Notes: generated by a model not told the origin, from the sequence alone. Counted from the first letter of the stretch, positions 7,942-17,217 are shown. The stretch is DNA of 40,073 nt from Desulfobacterales bacterium (GCA_046483495.1 JAWODC010000079.1:1-40073); one strand, 5' to 3'. A program made the numbers and translations.

Positions 7942-9114
7942 ATGAAGGAACGCACCAAACTCTTGCTGATCGTAATGGTATTCGCCGCTGCTTATTTTGT
8001 TCCATGGGGTCACCCGATCATTCGGCAGTCCGGGCTGGAAGCCTTCATGATGCTCCAGGAATACGCCCGGGAGCATGTGCTGACCTGCCTGGTTCCGGCC
8101 TTCTTCATTGCCGGCGCCATCGCCGTTTTCGTATCCCAGGCATCAGTGCTTAAATATTTCGGTGCTCAGGCAAGCAAGATTTTATCCTATTCGGTTGCGT
8201 CTGTTTCGGGAACGATACTTGCGGTATGCTCATGCACAGTGCTTCCGCTGTTTGCCGGCATATACACCCGGGGGGCCGGTATTGGCCCCGCGACCGCATT
8301 TCTTTACTCGGGGCCGGCCATCAACGTACTGGCCATCACCTTGACGGCTAAAATACTCGGGTGGCAGCTGGGCCTGGCCAGAGCCGTGGGGGCAATCGTA
8401 TTCGCCATCATCACGGGACTGCTCATGGCGCTGATTTTCCGAAAGGATGATGCCAAAAGGACATCGGGACAGATCTATTTGCCGGAGGAAGAAGGGGATG
8501 GGAGATCTCTTTTTCAGGAAGGCATTTACATGCTGACCATGGTGCTCATACTGATCTTTGCGGCGTTCGCCAAGCCGGCGCCGGATGCCTCCGGAATATG
8601 GCCGACGATTTTTTCCGCAAAATGGTACATCACCGGTTTTCTGCTCATCGCCCTGGCCGTCATGCTCAAGGCATGGTTCACAAAGGACGAGATGAAAAGC
8701 TGGGTGGACTCCACCTGGGGATTTATGAAGCAGATTTTTCCCCTGCTCTTCGGCGGCGTCATTGTGGCCGGGTTTTTATTGGGCAGGCCCGGCCATCCGG
8801 CATTGATTCCGGAGCACTATATTCAAACCTTATTGGGGGGAAATACGCTTTGGGCCAACCTGTTCGCGTCTCTGGCGGGAGCGCTGATGTATTTTGCCAC
8901 GCTTACCGAGGTGCCTATTCTGCAGGGGCTGATCGGCGCGGGCATGGGACAGGGACCGGCATTGGCGCTGCTGCTGGCCGGACCGGCCCTGAGCCTGCCC
9001 AACATGCTGGTGATCGCAGGAGTTCTGGGGGCAAAGAAAACGGCCGTCTTTTGCGGCATCATCGTGATCATGTCCACGATCGCCGGGATGATATACGGGG
9101 CGTTTTTTGCCTAA
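7942..9114 (+). CDS. ArsP/DUF318-type permease
   Basis: EHVLTCLVPAFFIAGAI, LAVCSCTVLPLF, GPAINVLAI, MYFATLTEVPI, GPALSLPNM; polytopic membrane protein. Confidence 0.88.
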   Translation: MKERTKLLLIVMVFAAAYFVPWGHPIIRQSGLEAFMMLQEYAREHVLTCLVPAFFIAGAIAVFVSQASVLKYFGAQASKILSYSVASVSGTILAVCSCTVLPLFAGIYTRGAGIGPATAFLYSGPAINVLAITLTAKILGWQLGLARAVGAIVFAIITGLLMALIFRKDDAKRTSGQIYLPEEEGDGRSLFQEGIYMLTMVLILIFAAFAKPAPDASGIWPTIFSAKWYITGFLLIALAVMLKAWFTKDEMKSWVDSTWGFMKQIFPLLFGGVIVAGFLLGRPGHPALIPEHYIQTLLGGNTLWANLFASLAGALMYFATLTEVPILQGLIGAGMGQGPALALLLAGPALSLPNMLVIAGVLGAKKTAVFCGIIVIMSTIAGMIYGAFFA

Positions 9115-9173
9115 ACTATATACAGTAATTACATAAATAGAAACAAAAGCAAGCAGCCGAAAAGGAGATAAAA

Positions 9174-9443
9174 ATGAATGACAAAAAAGATATCAAGGTA
9201 CTGGTCGGAAAGGACATCAAGGTGTTAGGTCCAGGATGTCAAAAGTGTCACAAGGCCGAAGAGGTGGTCAGGGAGGCGCTGGCCGAGGCCGGTATCTCCG
9301 CCAATATCGAAAAAGTCACCGACATGATGAAAATTGCCGGTTACGGGGTTTTCGGCACACCCGCTGTGGTGGTCGACGGCGAAGTAAAGTCCGTGGGGAA
9401 AATCCCCTCCAAGGAGGAAGTCAAATCCTGGCTGAAAGAATAA
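9174..9443 (+). CDS. Small redox-active disulfide protein (MTH895/Thioredoxin_3 family)
   Basis: IKVLGPGCQKC (CxxC), TPAVVVDGEVKSVGKIP; RBS AAGGAG. Confidence 0.9.
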   Translation: MNDKKDIKVLVGKDIKVLGPGCQKCHKAEEVVREALAEAGISANIEKVTDMMKIAGYGVFGTPAVVVDGEVKSVGKIPSKEEVKSWLKE

Positions 9444-9459
9444 ATGGATGCGAGGGCAA

Positions 9460-9981
9460 ATGCTGCTGAAGACTTACATGCTGAAGCTCTTCAATTCCGC
9501 GTGCAACCCCGGTGCCCTGGCGCTGCACTGCTTTGCCGACCTGGACCGGGATGTCGGAGAGGCGTTGCCGTATCTCAATGCCGTACTTGGCGGATTCGAG
9601 TATACTGTCGACCCGCCGTCGGTCACCTTCAAATCTCAAGGCAAGCTGATCACCGTGCACGGCAAGAGAATCGCCATAAACGCACTCAAAGACGAGGCCG
9701 AGGCCCGCAAGATCATCAACTGGCTGATTCGCGAAATCAACGGCGCCTGGGAAAATCGAGACTGCATCGAACCCAGCTACACTGGTGCGGCACGACCGCA
9801 GTTGATCCAGATATTGAAGCTGCTGCCCAAGACCAACTGCAGAAAATGCGGATCACCGACCTGCATGGTGTTTGCGGCAAGGCTGATGGAAGGCGGCGGC
9901 GGGGCCGAAGATTGTCCGGAATTGACTGAAGACAAGCGGATTGCGCTTTCGGACTACCTGTCGGGGTTCCGGTTCGATTGA
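9460..9981 (+). CDS. Fe-S cluster-binding protein with C-terminal FeS domain
   Basis: LLPKTNCRKCGSPTCMVFA...CPEL four-Cys motif; ATG 9460 follows GAGGG. Confidence 0.82.
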   Translation: MLLKTYMLKLFNSACNPGALALHCFADLDRDVGEALPYLNAVLGGFEYTVDPPSVTFKSQGKLITVHGKRIAINALKDEAEARKIINWLIREINGAWENRDCIEPSYTGAARPQLIQILKLLPKTNCRKCGSPTCMVFAARLMEGGGGAEDCPELTEDKRIALSDYLSGFRFD

Positions 9982-10003
9982 ATCAGGATAGAAAGACGAC
10001 ATA

Positions 10004-10444
10004 ATGAAAACCAAACCAAAGATACTGTTTCTCTGCACGGGCAACTCGTGCCGCAGCCAGATGGCCGAAGGCTGGGCCCGGCATCTGAAGGGCGATGAAC
10101 TCGAAGCATATTCCGCCGGCATTGAAAAACACGGGTTGAATCCCGTGGCGGTGAAGGTGATGGCCGAATCGGGGGTGGATATCAGCGGGCAGACCTCCAA
10201 AACGACCAACGAACTGCCGACAATGGAATTCAATTACGTGATCACCCTTTGCGGCCATGCCAACGAAACCTGTCCGTATTTTCCCGGCAATGTGAAACGG
10301 ATTCACAGGGGTTTCGATGACCCGCCCAAGCTGGCGGAACTTGCCCGGACCGAGGCGGAAGCGTGGGAAATTTACCGCAGGGTCAGGGATGAGATAAAAA
10401 CGTTTGTAGAAGGTCTGCCGCAGGCACTTGAACATTCGGATTAG
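10004..10444 (+). CDS. arsC: Thioredoxin-coupled arsenate reductase (LMW-PTP fold)
   Basis: P-loop CTGNSCRSQMAEG, resolving cysteines TLCGHANETCP, FDDP. Confidence 0.93.
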   Translation: MKTKPKILFLCTGNSCRSQMAEGWARHLKGDELEAYSAGIEKHGLNPVAVKVMAESGVDISGQTSKTTNELPTMEFNYVITLCGHANETCPYFPGNVKRIHRGFDDPPKLAELARTEAEAWEIYRRVRDEIKTFVEGLPQALEHSD

Positions 10445-10465
10445 AGTCGAGGAGAAGGATAGATT

Positions 10466-11707
10466 ATGTCTGGTAGGGGTAATGCATGGAAATGGATATT
10501 CTGGTTATGTCTTGTGGTGTTAACAGGATTGACGGCAGCAGCGAAGATCAGCGGGTATTGGGCGTTGACCGCCCTTCCCGTGGGATTTCTCTTTGGATTT
10601 TTCCTGGAAAAAGGCGATCTTTGCGGGTCCTCCGCCTTCAGTGAAGTGATCCTGATGAACAGCTGGAAAAAGATTCAGGGTATCTGGATGGTCATCGTGG
10701 TCAGCATGCTGGGGTTTGCAATATTGTCCGGGTTGGGCCTCGTAAACCTGAATCCGAAGCCCCTGGTGTGGGCGAGCTATATTGTCGGCGGGATTATATT
10801 CGGGGCGGGCATGGTGTTTGCCGGGGGGTGCGTCAGCGGCAGTCTTTACAAAACCGGCCAGGGAAACATCAATTCCATGGCTGCGCTCATTGGCATTCCC
10901 ATCGGCATCATGATGGTGGAATACGGTCCTTTGAACCTGTTTCATAAGCATCTCAGATCGTATATCATACCGAACGCGGACGGCGGCCCCGTAACCTTCA
11001 CGTCCGTTTTTCCTCTGCCGTACGGGGTGTTGGCCGTTCTCTTTGCATCCGCTACCGTTTTAGCGTTTTTTTACCGGAAAAAAGGCAAAAATAAGAACCA
11101 TAAAACACCCGATCCCGATACACCGCGTCTAAAAAGCATCCTTACCCGGAAATGGCCGCCCTGGCAGGCAGGGATCGCAATCGGAATCCTGGCCTGCTTT
11201 GCCTATCTTTCGTCTGCATCGACCGGCCGGAACTATCCTTTAGGCGTCACTCACGGCGTAATGCATGCAAATTTGTTATTGACGGAGACAAACCTCGCGT
11301 ATGTTCATGGTCCCAAACCAAAGGCTCCACCCGCTTTCAAAACCGGCGGCCCGCAGGATCAAACCGTTCCCGGAAAAAAAGTGTCCGTTTGGCTGATGTT
11401 GGAGATTTTCGCAATGGTTCTCGGAGCTTTCGTCAGCGCCTCGTTATCCGGCCGGTCTCGACTGTTGCCCAAGCCTCCGGGTCAAACCATTACAGCACTG
11501 TTCGGCGGGTCACTGGTGGGCATCGGGGCCGCCATTGCCGGGGGATGCGTGGTGGGCAATATCATGAGCGGCGCCGCCCTGATGAGCGTCGGCAACATCC
11601 TGTTCGCCGCGGTGGTCATTCTGACGAACTGGATTGTCACCCATTTTTATCTCATGGGGGGAAGCGTTAAAGATCTCGTTTGGGCAGGCAGTTATTTTAA
11701 ACGATAA
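10466..11707 (+). CDS. YeeE/YedE (TsuA-like) sulfur compound transporter
   Basis: Three conserved Cys contexts GDLCGSS, AGGCVSG and AGGCVVG; Gly-rich transmembrane helices. Confidence 0.87.
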   Translation: MSGRGNAWKWIFWLCLVVLTGLTAAAKISGYWALTALPVGFLFGFFLEKGDLCGSSAFSEVILMNSWKKIQGIWMVIVVSMLGFAILSGLGLVNLNPKPLVWASYIVGGIIFGAGMVFAGGCVSGSLYKTGQGNINSMAALIGIPIGIMMVEYGPLNLFHKHLRSYIIPNADGGPVTFTSVFPLPYGVLAVLFASATVLAFFYRKKGKNKNHKTPDPDTPRLKSILTRKWPPWQAGIAIGILACFAYLSSASTGRNYPLGVTHGVMHANLLLTETNLAYVHGPKPKAPPAFKTGGPQDQTVPGKKVSVWLMLEIFAMVLGAFVSASLSGRSRLLPKPPGQTITALFGGSLVGIGAAIAGGCVVGNIMSGAALMSVGNILFAAVVILTNWIVTHFYLMGGSVKDLVWAGSYFKR

Positions 11708-11789
11708 ACCGTGTCTCCGGGGCGATACCCCGGCTGTCTATGAAGATCGATACGCGAGTTCGAAATCAACAAAAAAAAAGGAAGTGTTC

Positions 11790-12197
11790 ATGAACTATTT
11801 AAAATACCTGATTCTATCAGGCATCATACTCGGCTTCGGTGTTGCGACCCTGCTGCATGGCGTCGAACCTCAAAAAGCGGGTACTGCCAACAAGGTGCCG
11901 ACACCCGATATGGTTACCATGGTGGATCTGGGCGCCAAAAAATGCATTCCCTGCAAAATGATGGCGCCGATTCTCGAAGAGCTGCAAAAGGAGTATGCAG
12001 GCCGGGCGTCCATCGTATTCATCGACGTCTGGGAAAACCCGGCTGAAGCCGAGCGGTTCGCCGTCCGGAGCATCCCCACCCAGATTTTTTATGACAAAAC
12101 CGGCAAAGAAGTCGGCCGCCATACCGGATTTCTGGACAAAAAAAGCATTATATCCGCACTCAACGAGCTGGGGGTACCGGAGGAGGCCGGACGGTGA
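11790..12197 (+). CDS. Exported or membrane-anchored thioredoxin
   Basis: Hydrophobic N-terminus, DLGAKKCIPCKMMAP (CxxC), IPTQIFYD; ATG 11790 follows AAGGAAG. Confidence 0.88.
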   Translation: MNYLKYLILSGIILGFGVATLLHGVEPQKAGTANKVPTPDMVTMVDLGAKKCIPCKMMAPILEELQKEYAGRASIVFIDVWENPAEAERFAVRSIPTQIFYDKTGKEVGRHTGFLDKKSIISALNELGVPEEAGR

Positions 12198-12904
12198 TGA
12201 CGGATTTTTTAATAACGATAAACGAATGGATGTCCACGGGCACGGGAATCGCCGCTCTGGGCTGTTTTTTGTGGGGCGTGGTCAGCGTGGCTCTGAGCCC
12301 CTGCCATATGGCCTCCATACCGCTCATGGTGAGCTATGTGGCGGGCCAGGAAAAGGGGGTGCATGCCAGGCACGCGGCCTTCTATGCCCTGGCCTTTACA
12401 TCAGGGCTGTTCATCACCATTGCGCTGGTGGGGGTCGTCTGCGCCATCCTGGGGCGAATGCTGGGTGATGTCGGCCCGTGGTGGACGATTCTAGTCGGCG
12501 CGATATTGATCTGGGTGGCCCTGGACATGCTGGGGGTCAAGGGCTGCTCCATGTCGTCCGGCCTGATGGGCCGGCTCAGGGTCAAGGGGGTGGGAGGTGC
12601 ATTTGCACTCGGCCTTGCCTACGGTGTGCTGTCCGGCTCCTGCACCTTTGGATTCATTGCCCCCATTCTGGCCATCATTACCCTTCAGGGTAAGATCGCT
12701 GCGGGCATTTTATTCATCGTGCTGTTCGGCATCGGCCATTGCATCCCGATCGCCGTAGCCGGGTCCAGCATAGCCCTGGTCCGCCGGGTTCTCGAAAACA
12801 GCCGCTTTCAGCAGGGGGGCTTCTGGTTCAGGCGGTTTGCCGGTGCGGCCATTGCGCTGATCGGCATCTACTTCATCGTTCAGCCTTTTGTTGAATCTGT
12901 GTAG
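12197..12904 (+). CDS. ccdA: CcdA / DsbD transmembrane electron transporter
   Basis: LSPCH and SGSCTF Cys pair, about six transmembrane segments, TGATG translational coupling to the upstream thioredoxin. Confidence 0.85.
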   Translation: MTDFLITINEWMSTGTGIAALGCFLWGVVSVALSPCHMASIPLMVSYVAGQEKGVHARHAAFYALAFTSGLFITIALVGVVCAILGRMLGDVGPWWTILVGAILIWVALDMLGVKGCSMSSGLMGRLRVKGVGGAFALGLAYGVLSGSCTFGFIAPILAIITLQGKIAAGILFIVLFGIGHCIPIAVAGSSIALVRRVLENSRFQQGGFWFRRFAGAAIALIGIYFIVQPFVESV

Positions 12905-13081
12905 TACGGTTGTTATGAATTTCACGCCATCTCGGGGCTTGGCCCCGGCGGCATAAGATGGAAACCAAAAAAACCGTCATCATGCAATGGCTTACAGCGG
13001 CGATTCGGGGAAAAAACATAAGCTGCAAGTGAGCGAAAGAAGGACGGTTCGACCATTCAGCTCTACCAAGGAGATATACAG

Positions 13082-14149
13082 ATGAAACAAAGCAAAACGG
13101 CAGGCATCAGCTTTTTCGAGCGGAATCTCACGTTATGGGTCATTTTGTGCATGATCGCCGGGGTGTTGATCGGAAAATATCTTCCCGCCGTTCCGGATGT
13201 TCTTGCCCGGTTCGAATATGCCAGAGTTTCCATTCCCATTGCGGTTTTAATCTGGCTCATGATTTACCCCATGATGATGAAGGTTGACTTTGCCAGCATC
13301 AAGAATGTCGGGAAGAATCCAACCGGTCTTTTTATCACCTGGACCGTCAACTGGCTGATAAAGCCGTTTACCATGTTCGGCATCGCCGCCTTTTTCTTCT
13401 ACATCGTTTTCAAGCCGCTGATTCCACCGGACCTGGCCAGAGACTACCTGGCCGGCGCAGTCCTCCTGGGGGCCGCCCCCTGCACGGCCATGGTCTTCGT
13501 CTGGAGCCATCTCACACGGGGAAACCCGGCTTACACGGTGGTTCAGGTGGCAACCAACGATTTGATCATCCTCGTCGCCTTTACACCGATTGTAGCGTTC
13601 CTGTTGGGTGTGGGCGGCATTCGAATTCCCTGGAACACGCTGTTCTTATCCGTGTTCCTTTTTGTGGTCATACCGCTGGCCGGCGGTGCTTTTACGCGTC
13701 ACCGGGTGATAAAGAACAAGGGGGAGGAATATTTCGCCAAAACATTTATACCCAAGTTCAACAACATCACCATAGGAGGATTGCTTCTGACCCTTGTTCT
13801 CATCTTTTCTTTCCAGGGGGATGTGATCCTGGAAAACCCCTTGCACATCATTCTAATCGCCGTTCCCCTGATCATACAAACCTTCTTTATCTTCTTTATT
13901 GCCTACCTGGTATCCAAGCGGCTTCAGGTATCTCACGACATCGCCGCGCCTGCCGGCATGATCGGCGCATCGAATTTTTTCGAACTGGCGGTTGCCGTTG
14001 CCATAACCCTGTTCGGTGCCGCTTCACCCGCGGTTCTGGCAACGATTGTCGGCGTGCTGGTCGAGGTTCCCGTGATGCTGTTCCTGGTCCGGATAGCAAA
14101 CAGGACGGCGTACTGGTTCCCCGCGCCTCCGGCAGTCAAAAAGATTTGA
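13082..14149 (+). CDS. acr3: ACR3 family arsenite efflux transporter
   Basis: LIWLMIYPMM, NWLIKPFTM, GAAPCTAMVFVWS, GASNFFELAVAVA, VGVLVEVPVML. Confidence 0.96.
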   Translation: MKQSKTAGISFFERNLTLWVILCMIAGVLIGKYLPAVPDVLARFEYARVSIPIAVLIWLMIYPMMMKVDFASIKNVGKNPTGLFITWTVNWLIKPFTMFGIAAFFFYIVFKPLIPPDLARDYLAGAVLLGAAPCTAMVFVWSHLTRGNPAYTVVQVATNDLIILVAFTPIVAFLLGVGGIRIPWNTLFLSVFLFVVIPLAGGAFTRHRVIKNKGEEYFAKTFIPKFNNITIGGLLLTLVLIFSFQGDVILENPLHIILIAVPLIIQTFFIFFIAYLVSKRLQVSHDIAAPAGMIGASNFFELAVAVAITLFGAASPAVLATIVGVLVEVPVMLFLVRIANRTAYWFPAPPAVKKI

Positions 14150-14177
14150 AGTTTTTTTCATCAAAGGAGATGACATC

Positions 14178-15047
14178 ATGTTCAAACGCTTTATCGTAGC
14201 AACCGATCTTTCGCCCGCGTCCTTTGCCGTGGTGAATTGCCTCGGCGAACTGAAGGCTTTCGGAGGAGAGGAATGCCTGCTGCTTCAATGCCTGTCCTTT
14301 AAGGATGCAGCATCGGAAGCGCTGTCCTACAGCACCGAGAAGCTCGAGGGAATGCTGAATGAACAGAAGAAAATACTGGAAGACCAGGAATTCAGGGTCG
14401 AAGCCCGGACCGTTGTCGGAACGCCCAAGCATGAAATCGTGCGAATCGCAGCCGGGGAAAATTACGACCTGATCGTTGTCGGGGCGCAGGGCCAATCGCT
14501 GATCGAGGAGAAGCTCATCGGCGGAGTCGCATACGGCGTTATCAGCCGGACGGAGAAGCCCGTGCTGGTGATTCCGGTCGAGCCTTCGGAAGAAGAAAAT
14601 ACGTGCAGGCCGGTGGCCCGCAGCCGCTTCGGCCTCCATGTCCTGTTCGCGACCGATTTTTCGGAAATGGCCGATAACGCATTCACCTTTGTCGAGCAGA
14701 TGGTGTCTCACGGCGTGGGAAAAGTTACCCTGGTTCATGTCCTGAACAAATCGCGGTTTGAGGACAGCCTCGAGCAACTGACTGACCTGAGTGAACGGGC
14801 CGTGGAACGCCTGAAAAGCCTTAAACAAAAACTGCCGGCGCAGGATAAATCGCTGATCGATACCGTGGTGACCTATGGTGTGCCCTACCAGGAGATAACC
14901 GGACTGGCGATGGAGCGTGACGCGCAATTGGTGGTCATGGGAACGCAGGGACGGGGGTTTATCGGAGAATTTTTCCTGGGCAGCGTGAGCCACAATGTCG
15001 TTCGCCATTCCGTCGCGCCGGTATTGCTGATACCGGTTCCCCGCTGA
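14178..15047 (+). CDS. Tandem-domain universal stress protein
   Basis: Two USP domains: VATDLS..DLIVVGAQG..PVLVIP and FATDFS..VVMGTQGRG..LGSVS..PVLLIP. Confidence 0.92.
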   Translation: MFKRFIVATDLSPASFAVVNCLGELKAFGGEECLLLQCLSFKDAASEALSYSTEKLEGMLNEQKKILEDQEFRVEARTVVGTPKHEIVRIAAGENYDLIVVGAQGQSLIEEKLIGGVAYGVISRTEKPVLVIPVEPSEEENTCRPVARSRFGLHVLFATDFSEMADNAFTFVEQMVSHGVGKVTLVHVLNKSRFEDSLEQLTDLSERAVERLKSLKQKLPAQDKSLIDTVVTYGVPYQEITGLAMERDAQLVVMGTQGRGFIGEFFLGSVSHNVVRHSVAPVLLIPVPR

Positions 15048-15220
15048 TATGGGCAAATCCTGAAAAATAAAGGACGGAGGATTGAGGATGTATGCTCCCG
15101 GCGGCAAAAAACCGCTGTTTGGCAATTGGTTATGTCGAATGAATGGGTTCGCGAATTGGGCAACGAAATAAATGCCGCCCAAGAAATATATATTCCGAGA
15201 GCGGATTAATGGCAAAAAAC

Positions 15221-15298
15221 ATCGATCAGCAGCGGCAGATCGAGTTGCTTCAGGAGAAGCGATCCGCCCTGATCAGCCACGCCGTTAGCCAGGGTCTT
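15221..15298 (+). pseudogene. Short remnant resembling the conserved helix of a type I restriction-modification S subunit (HsdS)
   Basis: IDQQRQIELLQEKRSALISHAVSQGL resembles the HsdS conserved region (IELLQEKR.ALISHAVTKGL); only about 26 aa. Confidence 0.5.
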
Positions 15299-15651
15299 GC
15301 CGATCTTAAAGACCATCTGAAAGATCTTGATGCCCACGCACACGATTTTTAGCCATGAGGCTCATGTCGAGACCGTGACCATTCAGTAGGTCGCCTCGAC
15401 CGGAATTTCAAATACAGGTTTGACCCTATTTGACCCGAATGCTCGATGGCTTATCCTTTCAGTTGTGATATTGGAAATGCGGTTTGGATCCGTGTCATTT
15501 AACCGGGCCCATTCAAATCCGTTTACGTATAAACGGATGTATTGCCTTGCAAGTTGGAAATATAGGCGGGACTCGGAAATTGAGCAATGGAGGCCGCAGC
15601 AAGCCTAAAGGAAATCGTTTTGTTTTTGTAATTTTGGAAGGAAAGCATTCC

Positions 15652-16131
15652 ATGGACAAACCGATATTTCGCGCCGGTGAAGTGCTCGATATGGCCGTCC
15701 GGGTGGAAGAACAGGGGCTTGCCTTTTATGAAGCCTGCAGGAAAACCCAATCGAAGCCGGAAATCGTTTCCGTATTAGACTACCTGATTGACCAGGAGGA
15801 GCGGCACAAGGAAGTCTTTTCCCAAATGAAATCCGATGCTCAAGAAAGACCCATTCCGGAAAGCTACCCCGGGGAGACGAGAAGTTATCTCGACAGTTTC
15901 GTTAAAGATCGTGTTTTCCCCGATACGGAAAAGGCTTCTGAAGAGATCTCGGAAATAAGAAATATCGATCAGATTGTCGAGTTCGGCATTCGCTTTGAAA
16001 AATTGTCCATTCAATTCTATTCGGCGGTCAAACAGTTGGTGAGGGGCTCCGAACAGCGGGCTATCGATCAAATTATCGATCAAGAACACGATCATATCCG
16101 CCGGCTGTTGAAACTTAGAAAGGATTTTTGA
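15652..16131 (+). CDS. Ferritin/rubrerythrin-like di-iron protein
   Basis: MAVRVEEQGLAFY..EERH and GIRFEKLSIQFY..EHDH paired E/ExxH motifs; ATG 15652 follows AAGGAAAG. Confidence 0.87.
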   Translation: MDKPIFRAGEVLDMAVRVEEQGLAFYEACRKTQSKPEIVSVLDYLIDQEERHKEVFSQMKSDAQERPIPESYPGETRSYLDSFVKDRVFPDTEKASEEISEIRNIDQIVEFGIRFEKLSIQFYSAVKQLVRGSEQRAIDQIIDQEHDHIRRLLKLRKDF

Positions 16132-16134
16132 AGC

Positions 16135-17217
16135 ATGAGGCGCCGGGTTGAAGGTTATGTGGAAAAGTATGGACCGGATTGTGTAATCCCGGCCGAACAA
16201 TTGTTTCGGCTTATTGAAACTCAGCTGGAGAAGCATCCGGTTATGGCTCCCCGCGAGCGGTCCGGTATGCCCGGTTTTTACCGTTTTGAATGGCTGAGAG
16301 ATGCCGGAAGTTTCGTTCCCGATTATACCGCCACCACCCTCCCGCCAAAAAAAGCATTCTTTGAGCCGGATGAAAGACTGTTTCACTTCGAGTCTGATTC
16401 TCATGTTGGGATTAGGAACGCCTGGGAGGATTTCCCTTTTATTCTTGCCGGAGTTCATCCCTGTGATCTTGCTGCATTAGAAGCGCTCGATGCAGCATAT
16501 TTGCACCCGCCGGCAGAAATCCGGTGGGAGCATAACCGTAAGCGGGCATCGATAATCGGCATCGACTGCATGCCTGACGAGTATTGTTTCTGCACCTCGG
16601 TGGGTGCCTGGGATGCACGATATCCATCCGATATTTTTCTCACCCACATCGGGAACAATTATCTTGTAGAAACGTTCACCTCCAAAGGGGAAAAACTTCT
16701 CGAAAGTGTAAGCAAACGTGACGCAACCAACCGTGATCGGGAAAAGGTTCAACGGCAACGGCTGCGGAAAAAGGAAGCCGTATCGGCCGGTTTCAATGCC
16801 ACTGTTTCCGTTTTGGCCGATATACTCGAAAAAAAAAGTCTGACGAATGTTTGGAAAGAAATCGCCGGGCGCTGCTACAGCTGCGGATCCTGCAATACTA
16901 CGTGTCCTACATGTTTTTGCTTCAATATGCATGACACGTTCGATTTTTCATTGAAAAGGGGTATTCGTCACCGCACGTGGGATTCATGCCAGCTGCTGGA
17001 ATTCGCCTTGATTGCCGGGGGAGAAAACATGCGGCCGGAACGCTGGCAGCGGGTCCGGCACCGTTGGAACCGGAAATTCTTATACCTGTATCGTCAGTTC
17101 GGCAGGCCATACTGCACGGGTTGTGGACGATGCAGCCGGGCCTGCACGGCCGATATCAATATAGTGGACGTAACCAACCGGATTATTGAGGCTTCCCGCA
17201 AAGGGGACGCGAAATGA
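16135..17217 (+). CDS. Group 3b [NiFe]-hydrogenase (sulfhydrogenase) beta subunit, 4Fe-4S protein
   Basis: GVHPCDL, CFC, CYSCGSCNTTCPTCFC, WDSC and CTGCGRCSRAC motifs; operon context. Confidence 0.87.
   Translation: MRRRVEGYVEKYGPDCVIPAEQLFRLIETQLEKHPVMAPRERSGMPGFYRFEWLRDAGSFVPDYTATTLPPKKAFFEPDERLFHFESDSHVGIRNAWEDFPFILAGVHPCDLAALEALDAAYLHPPAEIRWEHNRKRASIIGIDCMPDEYCFCTSVGAWDARYPSDIFLTHIGNNYLVETFTSKGEKLLESVSKRDATNRDREKVQRQRLRKKEAVSAGFNATVSVLADILEKKSLTNVWKEIAGRCYSCGSCNTTCPTCFCFNMHDTFDFSLKRGIRHRTWDSCQLLEFALIAGGENMRPERWQRVRHRWNRKFLYLYRQFGRPYCTGCGRCSRACTADINIVDVTNRIIEASRKGDAK

Noticed and set aside
12958..13032. Short ORF ending SCK-TGA as a selenoprotein
   Set aside because: Read-through runs out of frame over acr3 and gives no recognisable protein.
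14136..15215. 359-aa minus-strand ORF
   Set aside because: Antisense shadow of the usp gene.
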